DNA of 64,000 nucleotides, from contig BCKZ01000007.1 in the NCBI GenBank assembly GCA_001600815.1, positions 620,001 through 684,000 on the forward strand, in the 5' to 3' direction. The notes under the pieces are model-generated. The model was not told where the DNA came from. It saw nothing but the letters and a program-made list of their open reading frames with translations, and searched no databases. Made by a program: the position numbers and the translations under genes. Each line of letters opens with the position of its first letter. The first letter of the stretch is position 1. The stretch comes from Alloascoidea hylecoeti. Taxonomy: Eukaryota. Below, piece by piece: positions 33,094-44,900 of the stretch.

Positions 33094-34854
33094 CTAAAAT
33101 GTGATTTTCTTCCCCTTGAATTCTCCGCTACTTGGGCCCCGGGTTGGAGTGCCACGGTTACTACCGCCAAACCCTCCACGGCCACCTCTAAATCCCCCAC
33201 GTCCTCCACGTCCTCCTGGGGATCCACCACGGCCACCACGGCCACCACCACGGCCACCTCTAAAACCACCCGATTCTCTTCCTTCACGTGGAGGTCGTGG
33301 CGTAGTATAGTCAATACGGATTTGTCGACCGTCCAAGTATTCTCCAGACCAAGCTTCTAAAGCTGCTTTAGACTCATCAATTGAGCTAAATTGAACATAT
33401 CCGAACCCTCTTGGTTGTTCGGTCTCTGGATTTGTAGGAATTCTAATCGAAATAATATTTCCATACTCTGAAAATGCTTCGCTAAGTGAATCATTTGTGG
33501 TCTTGAATGACATATTACCAATAAATAAGGTGTCAGATGGCTCAGATGGCCCTCTTTCAACTTTCTGAAATGAACTTTGCTCCTTTGGTGCATCTCTTGG
33601 TCTAGCATTGGAAATATCCAAATTGGCTTTTCTTCCATCAATCTCCTTATCTTGTAATTTACTAATAGCTTCTTGGACATGGGCTCCATCAGCAAATTCA
33701 ACATAACCATAACCCTTTGATCTGCCACTGTCTCTCTCGGTAATAACCCTGGTTTCCACAATAGTTCCAATACTTTCAAACTCACGTCTTAACCATTCAT
33801 CATCAACATTCCATGATAAATTACCAACAAACAATGTACCAGCTTCACCCTTCTGTTTTTTAGCAGGTGTAGATACAGCATCATCATCTGTGTGTTTTCG
33901 CTTGGTAACTTTTTCTTTTTCTTCTTTTTCTGAGCTAGAATCGTCATCACTGCTATCAGATGAATCAGAATCAGAGTCAGAATCTGAAGATGAAGATGAG
34001 TCTTTATCCTTCTTATCGTCATCACTATCTGAACTTGAGTCTGAATCCGAAGAACTGGAGTCAGAATCAGATGAACTTGAGCTTGATTCCTTCTTTTTTT
34101 CTTCTACTTTCTTATCAGAACTTGAATCAGAATCGGAGTCAGAATCAGAATCAGAATCAGAGCTAGAGTCAGAATCAGAATCAGAAGATTCTTCTTTCTT
34201 TTCGTCTTCAGATTCATCATCAGAATCGGAATCAGAGTCGCTAGAACTAGAGCTTGAGCTGTCAGAATCAGAATCAGAATCAGAGGAGTCGGAGTCAGAA
34301 GACTCCTTCTTTTCTACCTTTTTGTCTGCCTTTTTGACTTCCTTCTTGTCTTCTTCAGCATCACTATCAGAGTCAGAGGAATCAGAGCTTGATTCGGTCT
34401 CAGTTTCAGTTTCAGAACCCTTAACAACCTTCTTTTCGGGCTTCTCATCTTCATCATCTGAATCAGAACTAGAGTCAGAATCAGAACTAGAATCAGAGGA
34501 GTCAGAATCAGAATTGGCACTTGATTTAGCATCCTTCATCTCCTCATCAGAAGAATCCTCATCAGAGCTAGAACTTGAGGACTCATCAGAAGAAGATTCA
34601 CTTTCACTATCACTCTTCTCAACAACAGTCTTTTTACTCTTTTTCTTTTTCTTTTCAGAAGAGTCCTTCTTTGATGACTTCTTCTTCTCGGCAGCTTTCT
34701 TAATAGCAGTTAAGATTTCTAAAGCTTTCTTCTTTTCATCACCTTTACTAATCTTTGGTGCTTTAGACTTCGTAATCTTCGAAGAGGACTTAACAGCCAA
34801 TGACTTTGGCTTGGAGCTAGATTTTTTGCTAGCTTTTAATGATGTTTTACCCAT
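33094..34854 (-). CDS. NSR1: Nucleolin-like protein (Ser/acidic tracts, two RRMs, RGG tail)
   Basis: LFVGNL/KGYGYVEF and LFIGNM/RGFGYVQF RRMs; GAR tail ending KGKKITF. Confidence 0.93.
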   Translation of the reverse strand: MGKTSLKASKKSSSKPKSLAVKSSSKITKSKAPKISKGDEKKKALEILTAIKKAAEKKKSSKKDSSEKKKKKSKKTVVEKSDSESESSSDESSSSSSDEDSSDEEMKDAKSSANSDSDSSDSSSDSDSSSDSDDEDEKPEKKVVKGSETETETESSSDSSDSDSDAEEDKKEVKKADKKVEKKESSDSDSSDSDSDSDSSSSSSSDSDSDSDDESEDEKKEESSDSDSDSSSDSDSDSDSDSDSSSDKKVEEKKKESSSSSSDSDSSSSDSDSSSDSDDDKKDKDSSSSSDSDSDSDSSDSSDDDSSSEKEEKEKVTKRKHTDDDAVSTPAKKQKGEAGTLFVGNLSWNVDDEWLRREFESIGTIVETRVITERDSGRSKGYGYVEFADGAHVQEAISKLQDKEIDGRKANLDISNARPRDAPKEQSSFQKVERGPSEPSDTLFIGNMSFKTTNDSLSEAFSEYGNIISIRIPTNPETEQPRGFGYVQFSSIDESKAALEAWSGEYLDGRQIRIDYTTPRPPREGRESGGFRGGRGGGRGGRGGSPGGRGGRGGFRGGRGGFGGSNRGTPTRGPSSGEFKGKKITF

Positions 34855-34946
34855 TATGTCTTCCTCTTAATATAATAATAATAATAATCAGTAATGTCTA
34901 TCAATAACGTGGAAATTGAAAGTTGGGAATTATATTTCAAAAGGGT

Positions 34947-34984
34947 GATGAGAAAAAAAAAGCTTGATATATAAAAAAATTTCA
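34947..34984. promoter_or_regulatory. PAC core (GATGAG, 34947-34952) and RRPE (AAAAAATTTCA, 34974-34984) upstream of NSR1
   Basis: Ribosome-biogenesis promoter motifs ~100-130 bp upstream of the ATG. Confidence 0.55.
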
Positions 34985-35200
34985 TCATCACGAAAAAACT
35001 TAAAGTTTTCAAAATATTTCAAATTACCCGGACAAATATAAACAAGGATTTAAAATTTAGAAGTAATGTGTCAATCACGTGATATTTTTTATCAATTGGA
35101 ATTGAATTGAATTGCATTTTATAACAAATTATTATTGACATGATTGTACCAGGATCCTACATAGGAAATGAGTAATCGGTAGCATTCTGTGTATGGCTGG

Positions 35201-36354
35201 CAGTTGATTAAAGTTGCTAAGCTTTTGACGTCGCCAAGCGAAATTTCACGTAATTGTAATTTTAAAAAGGAATTGCAACCAACTAAAATATGTAATCTGA
35301 ATAAACATGGCTTCTCAATTGCTGAAATAGATAGAAAGCATATCTTCAACTGTGTAGTTCACTGTTAAGAAATAAGCCAGCAACTTTTCTAGCAAAACAC
35401 CTTCTCGAATAAAAGAGATCAAAACAATTCCTAAAAGGGCATTAAATTCTAAGTGCGAGTGTTGTAAAAGCTTCTTCCTGTAATACGTTTGAAGAGCTAG
35501 CTTCAAAGTTCAATATTAGACTATCAAAGGTCACCTAAAACCGCTTTTTGTGAAGACATGAAATGCCCTTTCTGAATGAGAGGAACCAAAGGAACAAAAT
35601 ATTTAATCTAAAGATATAATGGAATGATCTTAGCGTTGTACTTAATGACGTACAGTATCTTCGGTGGCTATAGGGTCTTGACCTGGAAAAGTATAAGGAT
35701 AACAGTCGCTTCAGACCCTTATTTCAAAATATTTGTAATATAAGGACTGGGTCTGTAAGACTTATTTTCACTGTATAACTAGAGTGGTTAAGGAGTCACC
35801 GGAGGTTCTTACATAACTTTGAGACTCCTGAAGGTCTCATATTCAAGCAGGATAACGTAGCTATTTATAAAGCTGAAATGAGGATGAATTGGATTTGTGA
35901 TAAGGGGATAGAGGTGTTAGCTATATAGAGTAGCCGCCTTTTTCACTAGGTCAGACCTGAAATTATTTGAACGTACATATTTGGTATCTTCTCAAAAATT
36001 GCATCACAGGGCAAGAGTCACGATTATGTGCCTTCCACGCCGTGTAGAAATGAAGAAAGTATTTTTTATTAAGTACCTTTCAAAATGTTATGACCTCATG
36101 GATCAAGATATGATTAGTAACTTGACTAACTCCATGATCCGTAAAGTGGAAGCCGTTCAGGGTGCCAACACTAAATACTAGATTTAAATTTTCATTTTAG
36201 GTATATACTGATATAAACTCCAGTATCTACGGAACATTGTGTACTATTTTAAGAACAGGTTAAGGTCTTGTAGAGTATTCGGTGGGTGGTTGAAATATAG
36301 CCACATTTTTGAAGTGGTATCCAAAAATAGCACTTATCATCCTTATACCAACTG
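35201..36354 (+). mobile_element. Fossil Tc1/mariner (Tc1-like) DNA transposon with a decayed transposase (~35267-36181)
   Basis: Ordered fragments: KELQPTKICNLNKHGFSIAEIDRK (HTH-like), IFKQDNVAIYKA...W....GIEVL, E*PPFS..DLK.FE (WPP.SPDLNPIE), ISNLTNSMIRKVEAVQGANTKY*. Degenerate CAGTTG.. / ..CAACTG-TA ends. Confidence 0.75.
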
Positions 36355-36972
36355 TAATTATTATAATTAATGACGAAAAGCCGGCATTTTAACCTTATAC
36401 CAACGATTACGATCATTAAAAATGAATGTATAGATAGAATTTCAACCTTATAATAACAATAGTGATTTAGTTTAATTGGAATTACTACTGAAATTAAGTT
36501 TAATTAATTGCATTGTTTGAAATATTAGAACACACACACTCAATTCCCACAACAAATTCACAATTTCGGATTTAATTTAAAAGAAAAAAATATGAAATTA
36601 ATTTAAGTCAAAAAGTTTATTTATTAAATATAATGGTTAAAATTTTTTTTTGATATACCAAAAATGAATGAATTTTTAAGAGTAAAAAATGGTGTTAAAC
36701 ACAAGAAAATTAAAAATCAAAAGCAAATATTAATTAATGTTTATGGTAGTTAGTTTTAGTTTTAGTTTTATTTTTTTTAAGGATTCCCCGAATACAATTT
36801 TTTTTCTGCAAAAAAGCCTATACACATAGATCAAACAAGTTAATAGTTACTGTCAAATACAATTTAATTCAAGCATACCTCTAAGAACAAGATGATGTAT
36901 TAGCTTTTTATTAGATAATATATTTTTTTATAAAAATTTTAAAGTTCTTTTTCTCATGTTCTAATTCTAAAA

Positions 36973-38589
36973 TTAGAATAAGACAAAACCGATACCACCG
37001 AAGAAGAAAGTACCTAAAATTACCAACATTGATAATTCTCCAGCACCAATGGTTGGAACACTAACTGGATTAGCCCATGAAGAAGAAGAAGAAGATTTGC
37101 TGCTACTTCCACTCTTGGAGCCACTAGATTTAGAATTAGAACCACCTGAAGAACTTTCATCAGCGGCTGATGAAGCAGAAGCCAAAGCCTTTGAGCATGA
37201 AGCATTAGATGTAGCCTTTGAGTTGTAAGAAGCACTTCCACTAAAATCACAAGCAGAAGAAGAGGCACCATTCTCGGAATAATAATGATTAAGAGCCCAG
37301 TTAAGTTTAGCTTCAGCACCACAGTAAGAGAATGTACCATATTCACCTGATGTAGCATTACCGTTCAATTCATCACAAGAAACTTCACTACAGACATAAG
37401 CGAATAAGGTTGAGTAGTCATCAGTGTCAACACTGCTTGAAACAGTACAAGCCAAGTTACTAAGACAGTCACAAGCATCTTTATCAGGTGTTGGTGGTAA
37501 ATTACTTGAAGCACCCCAATTTGTTGCAGTTGGACATGATGCTCTGTTTGTATTTGTTGGAGTATAAGAAGCGGAGTTGACAGATGAAGGAGAAATATCG
37601 GCAATAGCGGAAGACAAGTAATTGAAATCTGATTCAGTCTTAATTGAAGATCCTGAAAGAGTAACTAAACCATAATTATTAGCTTCTTCAAAATACATAT
37701 AGACAATACCACCAGACCAAACATCAGTCATATCTGAACTGTATAAAGTACCAGTTTCTTGGAATTTTCTTGGAGTAACTTCATTACATCCATATTCAGA
37801 GAAAAAGACAGGAACACTATAGTTTGCAAATTCCTTTGTTCTATCTTCGTAACCGGATTTGGCAAATGTAGAAGTACCACACCATTCATACATATTAATA
37901 CCGTAGAAATCAACAGCTTCATCATCATCACCACAGTTAAAGTATTCTAATAGGTTAACACGAGTATCAGAATCATCATTAGTGGAGTAACCAACAGGAA
38001 TAGCTCTATAACCTTTGTCACTAATATAAGCCTTCATATCACGAACAGCAGCCTTGACATAAGCGGATGCCTCAGTGTTGGTATCGTTATTGGTGACCTC
38101 GTTACCAGCGAAGAAACCTAGAACATTGTCGTATTGTTGTAAATCATCGATGACGGCAGCATATCTGTCATATAGTGTAACAGTCCATGAAGGATCATCA
38201 CGGTTAATGGAAATTGTTGGTTCGGATAAATCAGCAATGATGTAAATACCATTATCGGCAAACAGGTTGATACAGTCGCTGTGATCTTCAGTTGTGTTGA
38301 CGGCATAGACACGGAGAGCGTTGGTACCTAACTTAAGTAGGTAAGGTAAATCTCTCTTACATCCATCATAATCAGCCAAAGGATCTGTGAAAGAAGAGTC
38401 TGCACTGGTGACGTCTTGCTGGTAAGCGACACCCTTGATGTAGAATTGGGAACCGTTACCGGCATAAAAGAATTTGTTTCCCTTGATTACGATGCTGCTA
38501 GAAGAGGAGGAGGAGGAAGCGGCAGTGGCCGTTGAGAACACGGAGAGTCCGGCGACCGCCAAAGCAAGCAGTTTTGAGCCCCAGAACAT
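36973..38589 (-). CDS. GAS1: GPI-anchored beta-1,3-glucanosyltransferase (GH72 + X8/Cys-box)
   Basis: Signal peptide, [27 protein letters not shown], Cys-box, Ser-rich linker, GPI signal. Confidence 0.92.
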   Translation of the reverse strand: MFWGSKLLALAVAGLSVFSTATAASSSSSSSSIVIKGNKFFYAGNGSQFYIKGVAYQQDVTSADSSFTDPLADYDGCKRDLPYLLKLGTNALRVYAVNTTEDHSDCINLFADNGIYIIADLSEPTISINRDDPSWTVTLYDRYAAVIDDLQQYDNVLGFFAGNEVTNNDTNTEASAYVKAAVRDMKAYISDKGYRAIPVGYSTNDDSDTRVNLLEYFNCGDDDEAVDFYGINMYEWCGTSTFAKSGYEDRTKEFANYSVPVFFSEYGCNEVTPRKFQETGTLYSSDMTDVWSGGIVYMYFEEANNYGLVTLSGSSIKTESDFNYLSSAIADISPSSVNSASYTPTNTNRASCPTATNWGASSNLPPTPDKDACDCLSNLACTVSSSVDTDDYSTLFAYVCSEVSCDELNGNATSGEYGTFSYCGAEAKLNWALNHYYSENGASSSACDFSGSASYNSKATSNASCSKALASASSAADESSSGGSNSKSSGSKSGSSSKSSSSSSWANPVSVPTIGAGELSMLVILGTFFFGGIGFVLF

Positions 38590-38824
38590 TGTTGAACGAG
38601 ACTATTGATAGAATAAGTTGAAAGAAAATGACCCGAAGTAACGAAAAGAGCGAAGGTGGGTTGGGAAGAAATAAAAAAAGAAGTTAAGTGCAACTTTGAG
38701 GATCTGTGTTGATATTTAAAGGGATGCCTGAAACATGCAACCACGCCCGAACAAGCTCTGTAGGCTGTGCTTAAACTGAAAAAGCACATAGGCTAAGCCT
38801 TGGCCGGCCCGTTGCCGTGGGGAC

Positions 38825-38932
38825 GCGGGTCACGTGCACCGATTATTTCAGACCACATTCCCTATGCCATTTGTTCCAGCCTGCTATCCTGGGAGCAGCC
38901 TCATTGATCCCTCCATCCCCACGTGACCCCGC
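38825..38932. promoter_or_regulatory. Inverted pair of GCGGG(G)TCACGTG E-box (Cbf1/bHLH-like) motifs in a GC-rich GAS promoter
   Basis: gcgggtcacgtg 38825-38836 and cacgtgaccccgc 38920-38932. Confidence 0.45.
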
Positions 38933-39499
38933 GAGCTACGAGTGGCCCTCGGCTGCGGATCAATTCGACCAAATCACACTCCGATCATGTATCAGATAGC
39001 TCATGAAACTCCATACTTTTTCGGTTTCCATTTCCGTTTCAACTTTGGAATATTCGGTTTGAGTTTGGCTTCGATATGACTTTGTTCTTCAATTTCAATT
39101 ACTTCTGTACGCCTGTTTATTAATAGCATACAAGCCTCACTTATATTATGATTACATAACAATCGATCTGATAAATATCCTTTGATACATTAATGTCTTT
39201 AACCACTCCATATCAACTTATCAAGCCTCACTAGTTATATTATTCAGTACATACCAAATTTAAATTTAATAAAATCTACATCTAATGATTGACACATACT
39301 ACTATGAACGTAATTTGAAATTAAACATTATTATAAGTTATATATGCGAGGTAAAATGACCAAGAGTCATGTTATGAAAATTTTAAAATGATGAAACGTA
39401 TCAAATAACCACACCGTTAAATATACGGCTGGTTGAAAATGATGTTTATAACATTTAACGTTGCAATTGGAAAATATTTTGAAAATAATTCGGGATGGC

Positions 39500-41113
39500 T
39501 TAGAAGATAATGGAAACACCAAATAATCCGCTTAAAATCATAACGCCTACCATCATCAAAGATCCATTATCAACTTGATATCCAACATTTGCTAAAGAAC
39601 TTCCTGATGCCTTTGAACTTGATGAACTACTGGTACCTGAACCTTTTGAACTCGATTTAGATCCTGAACTAGACTGTGTTGCACTTTTAATAGCGTTTGA
39701 AATAAGTGATTCACAGGTTGAATTACTAGATGATTGTAAAGTAGCCATACCATCAAAATTGCAAGCACTATCACTTGAATCATTATCTAAATAATATTGA
39801 TTAAGGACAACTGATAACTGCTCTTTGGGTTGACATCCTGAAAATGCTCCATATACACCTGTTGTTCCATTGGCTGTAATTGAACTACAGTCTCCCTTAC
39901 CACAAACGATTCCAAATAATTCACTATAATCATCTTCGTCTACATCATCAGCTAAAACACATTTTAATCCCTTATGAACACAATCACATAAATCTTCATT
40001 TGGTGTTGGTGGTAACTCGAGTGCCGCCTTCCAGTTAGGACCATCTGTTGGAGGGCATTGAAATTCACCTGTAGCAGTAGGTGTATAATCTGCAGATTTC
40101 ACTCCTTTTGGTGTAACTTTGGCAATTTCCGAGGATAAATAACCATAATCCGTTAAAGTCTTAACTTTCCCTTTATCAATAGAAACTAAACCATAATTAT
40201 TGGCTTCTTCAAAATACATATATACAATACCACCAGACCAAACGTCAATCATATCATCACCATAAATTGTACCAACTTCGGTAAATTTTCTTGGCGTCTT
40301 CTCATTACAACCATATTCTGAAAAGAACACTGGAATTGTCATATTTTCAAATAATGTGGTTAATTGTGAATAACCTGATAATTTGAAACTTGATTCACCG
40401 CACCATTCATAGACATTAATCCCGTAAAAGTCGGCGGCATCTTCGCTATCACCACAAGCAAAATAATTGGCCATTGCAATTCTTGTGTCAATATCATCAT
40501 TTGAAGAATAACCAACTGGTATCTCACGATAACCTTTTTCTTTGATGTATGCTTTGCAGTCACGTACAGCTGCCTTCACAAATGGGGAAGCTGCAGTATT
40601 ATTGGAGGAGATTGTAACTTCATTACCAGCAAAAAAGCCTAAAACATTATCATATTGTTGTAGATTATCAATCACAGCGGTATATCGTTCATAATGATCA
40701 ACATCCCATGATGGATTATATCTATTAATTGATACCTTTGGATTTGATAAATCGGCAATAATATAAATCCCCGCATCATCGAACATTTTCATACAAGCGT
40801 CATGATTAGCATCTGGATCAACAGCATAAACACGAAGGGCATTTGTACCAAGGTCAACAAGGTAAGGGAGATCTCGTTTACATGTTTCTTCATCAGCCAA
40901 TGGATCTATATAGTCCTTTGAAGTTCCTGTAGTATCTGACTGGTATGCAATACCCTTTATGAAGAATTGGGAACCGTTTCCCGAGTAAAAGAACTTTGTG
41001 CCTTTAGAAACTATAGGGTCGGAAGCTGCTAATGTTGAGCTGGCCAGCAACGAGGACAGAAACAAAAGCGAGAGAGATAGTGGGCTTGAGGAGGAACTCG
41101 AGAAGAGCTGCAT
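39500..41113 (-). CDS. Tandem GH72 + X8 beta-1,3-glucanosyltransferase paralogue
   Basis: Same GH72 catalytic motifs, Cys-box and GPI signal as the neighbouring gene. Confidence 0.92.
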   Translation of the reverse strand: MQLFSSSSSSPLSLSLLFLSSLLASSTLAASDPIVSKGTKFFYSGNGSQFFIKGIAYQSDTTGTSKDYIDPLADEETCKRDLPYLVDLGTNALRVYAVDPDANHDACMKMFDDAGIYIIADLSNPKVSINRYNPSWDVDHYERYTAVIDNLQQYDNVLGFFAGNEVTISSNNTAASPFVKAAVRDCKAYIKEKGYREIPVGYSSNDDIDTRIAMANYFACGDSEDAADFYGINVYEWCGESSFKLSGYSQLTTLFENMTIPVFFSEYGCNEKTPRKFTEVGTIYGDDMIDVWSGGIVYMYFEEANNYGLVSIDKGKVKTLTDYGYLSSEIAKVTPKGVKSADYTPTATGEFQCPPTDGPNWKAALELPPTPNEDLCDCVHKGLKCVLADDVDEDDYSELFGIVCGKGDCSSITANGTTGVYGAFSGCQPKEQLSVVLNQYYLDNDSSDSACNFDGMATLQSSSNSTCESLISNAIKSATQSSSGSKSSSKGSGTSSSSSSKASGSSLANVGYQVDNGSLMMVGVMILSGLFGVSIIF

Positions 41114-41961
41114 TATTTAACAATTGTACCAAAGAGTGAATGAAGAGAAAAAACAAAAGAATTGGAGGCAGAAAAGCAGGTATAAATAAAAAAATCTGGT
41201 TCGCGGCGGGCGGGATGGTTGTTTATTTTTACATTAATATGTGTTTGTGCCAAGCGCCAAGGGCCAAGCTAGCCATTGAACACTGTAATTATTAATAACC
41301 AAAATCTCATTTTAACATTACAACCTTATAAAATAACACCCAATTACTATACAGCCCCAACCCTAACTGTCTTACACTGGTAAGGGTATCGATTTAATTA
41401 TGGTACGAAAAAGTACTCTATCCCAAGGATCATGGTTACTCTCTTGGTCTTGCTGTTGAAAAAAAAGTTATGAAAACGTTCAATTCATCATCAAACCTTA
41501 TGTATAACTAACTACCCTATTTCTCCAGACTATTACTGTTCTATTTGGTTATTGCTTGAATGAAATAAGTTGTCGTAAATTATATACATCTTTACTATTC
41601 ATAAGGAACTTTAAGGTTGAAGCTAATCATTTAAGTTTCCAAAAAAAAAAAAAAAAAACCTGAAAAAACCAAAATGTAGTCTTCAATGTCACGATTTTCT
41701 TCAAAGGTACCTTGCATTCGGTATATTTAACATTGTAATTTAATTATATGAATTCACCTTATTTTTAGGACCAAATAATTTATGGATGAGCGCCCAGCGC
41801 AACGTAATCACTCTAACGGGTACTACGTATTTCTTATTTACAGTTATCATATAGAACTACGTATACGAGTGATATATACGAATAATATGTGTGCATATTC
41901 TTATTTGTCAACAAGCCTTCTGTTATTATACTAATATCAACTATTAATTTATATATGATGA

Positions 41962-44900
41962 TTATATTGTTAGCGTTGGGGTCTGTGTTACAATCGTACT
42001 AGGAGCATTTGGTCCCGTGTCATTGTTATCCTGAGATGTAGGTTGAATGAGTCCAACTCCAATCAAAGAGGGTATCGAGCTATAGCTATGAATATCCGGT
42101 ATCATACTACCTGCTAAAAGCGGCCCAACAAATAAGAGGATAAAAAACGCAAATGTAATAAAGTAAAGTATTATACTCCGAACCAACTTTTTCCTATTAT
42201 TTGGTCGCCTTTTTTCGGCTTTAACTCTTCTCAAATTTTTTGTCCTCTTTGGTTTCAACCAAAATAAAACCCAAAAATGAATCCAGTCAATCCATGGTAT
42301 ACATACAAGTGGTAGTTGTACAAACAATAAGAAGTTTCCAAGAATAAAATCAACCGCAAACATATTCATTTCTTCAAGTTTGCATAGAAACTCTCGAAAT
42401 GGCTGCCCGATTCCACTCCATCCAACAAGCCTCCAGTCTCCTGTCCACCAAGCAACATTAACTGCATCTCCTCGGTATTCTCTCGTGAGCAAAAACGCTG
42501 ATAAAACACTGTAAATAAGCCGTTGTATCGATAACACACTAATAAGTCCTAATAAACCTCGAGTTTTATTCCACCCTTCAAAATACCATAACAGTTCAAT
42601 TGATGCAATATGGTTAATAACTGCCATTCCATGGGCAATAAAAGCAACGGTATTAGCCATTTTCCTTCCAGCGAATGGAACTAACAATAGTGATCCAAGA
42701 CCCAAAAATATCAGAATAACGCCATCGATTACAATAGGTATCAAAGCACAAATTATTAATCTCATCACTGTATTCGCTGGTATCACCTTATTATTATTTA
42801 CTTCCCGAACACCATTTTGTGCATTTATAAAACTAAATGCACAAAAGCATGCACAAGCATTTATTAGTGGCAGTCCCAAGGCAGTAAATAATGAATTCGT
42901 TAAATGTGGCCTAATATATCCTGATATCGAGCCTGCCTCATGTTGTACTGCTTTTAACTGTCGTTTCTTACTTCCGGTAATCTTTGTTCGGGTATTACTA
43001 ACATGCGATATCCAAGAATTCGAAGATCTTGCAACTTTATCATTTCCTCTGCTTAACCAACAAATAAAATCTCCATAATCAATAAAAAACCGTTTCCATT
43101 CAAACTGATGTGGATTAAAAAGGAATGGGGATATACAAAGCGATGTAACTGTTACCCAAATCCAGAGTAACGCTGGCTGCCATATCGTGACACACCCAAA
43201 AAGTAGCATTAAACCGCTTCGTACCCCATCGTATATTGCTGTAGGGGTATATGTTGAATATAGATGATGAAATGTATTCCTTTCGATTGCGTACCCTCTG
43301 CCTGTACCTATATAGCGAGCACCACCAAGAGAAATATCACAAAACAATGCTTGTGCATATATCTGGCAAACAAAAACTTCAAAAAATGGTGATAGTGATA
43401 AAAAATGATGCCCAAAACGAGTCAGAGATTTTATTAATCCATTCTCGGTAAATTCTTCAACAAGTAGAGGTGAAAAAGATATGAAAAATACAATGAATAT
43501 AGACAAAATGAATATTTTAACCCAATGAAGAACAGGAACCAAGTTATAACAGCCGATCGGTAACATTAATTTAGTTATCTCATCTTCCATTTTGAAATCA
43601 CATAAAATAGATTCATGAACCATCGATCCCAAATTTATGAGAATTAACATGAACATTTCCATAGATATCATAATGAACAAATTATTGATATGGAAACCAG
43701 GGTGCGCATAATAAAATGACAGAAATCTATCTAATGGTAACTGGGTTCCGAGATAAAAGTATTCTCTTGAAAGCATCTGTTCACCCATTCCAGCTCCAAT
43801 CTTTGACGTAAAATTAAGTATCGAGTCAAACCCAAGATCGCGCCCCTTGCCACATTGATAGAAATCGCAATGTTTGATTCTTCCTCCTCTACATAATGCA
43901 TTCATACCTGCGTATATATCTTCATTCAAATGTAATCCCTTCTGTGCCTTTGAGATTCCACCTCGAGTGGTCATGAATATAGCATTCAAGAAGTCAGGGT
44001 GCCCATAATGAAGTTTACCGCTAACAGTTGCCATGGTTCGTGCAAAAAGAGTTCCAAATGTTTTTTCCTTTCCAGCGGCTACATCTCCTAATATACCAGC
44101 CTCTTCAGAAAAAATAAACTCTCTAGCCCCGACAAATGCCACTGGCGCTTTACTTGTTGTTCCTTCATAATAAGGATCTAAATCGTTGGGAACATTCAAT
44201 TCTTCAAACTCGGCTAGAACAGATCGAATCTTTAAGCATTCTTCTAAATAATTATCCTGATTCGCATCAATTACCTGGATGTATTCTCCTCTGTAAAATT
44301 GTAGAGCCATATTCTGATTATCGCTTTTACCATCACCAATGATTGGATTGCCTGAAAGTTGAACTCGGTATCTTGGACGACGTTTTCCTTTTTTTGTTAT
44401 TTTGCAACTTCCATCAATCAAAACAGCAAAATATTTTTTTGATTCTTCTTCATCATAGTTTTTATTGGTACTATAATTATCATCAGTTTCTTCTTTTTCA
44501 ACTTCTAAATAAGCTATCTGTAACTGAGGAAATGCTCTCAACAAAAATTCGGTACTCTTATATTCTTCTATGCTAAAATCATTTAGCCTTTGCATAGACA
44601 CAAGCATCTTGAATTTTCTAGAAGCCATTTGATTCAGTTCCTTGTCCAGACTCTCTGAATTATTACTAAACATATTCATAATGTCGGAATTTTCAACATG
44701 GTATAAAAGTTTCAAAGCACGTTGATAGTTCATAAACCCGGAAATAGTTCGATATAATGTCTGAGATCTCGTTGATGCCCATATTCTAGTACGCAATATA
44801 TTTTCTGCTGATGAAGATTTAAAAATCATACGATTTAGATCCTTTGAACAATGCCTCAACTTAGGTATTTCTTTAAAATCATCGAAAGTAAATATTTTTG

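Noticed and set aside
33890..34870. 326-aa Ser/Glu-rich ORF antisense to NSR1
   Set aside because: Mirror of the TCT/GAT repeat codons of NSR1, which give no stops on the opposite strand.
35651..35776. TACAGT...ACTGTA, a possible nested MITE
   Set aside because: Only 4 bp of terminal complementarity; lies within the transposase remnant.
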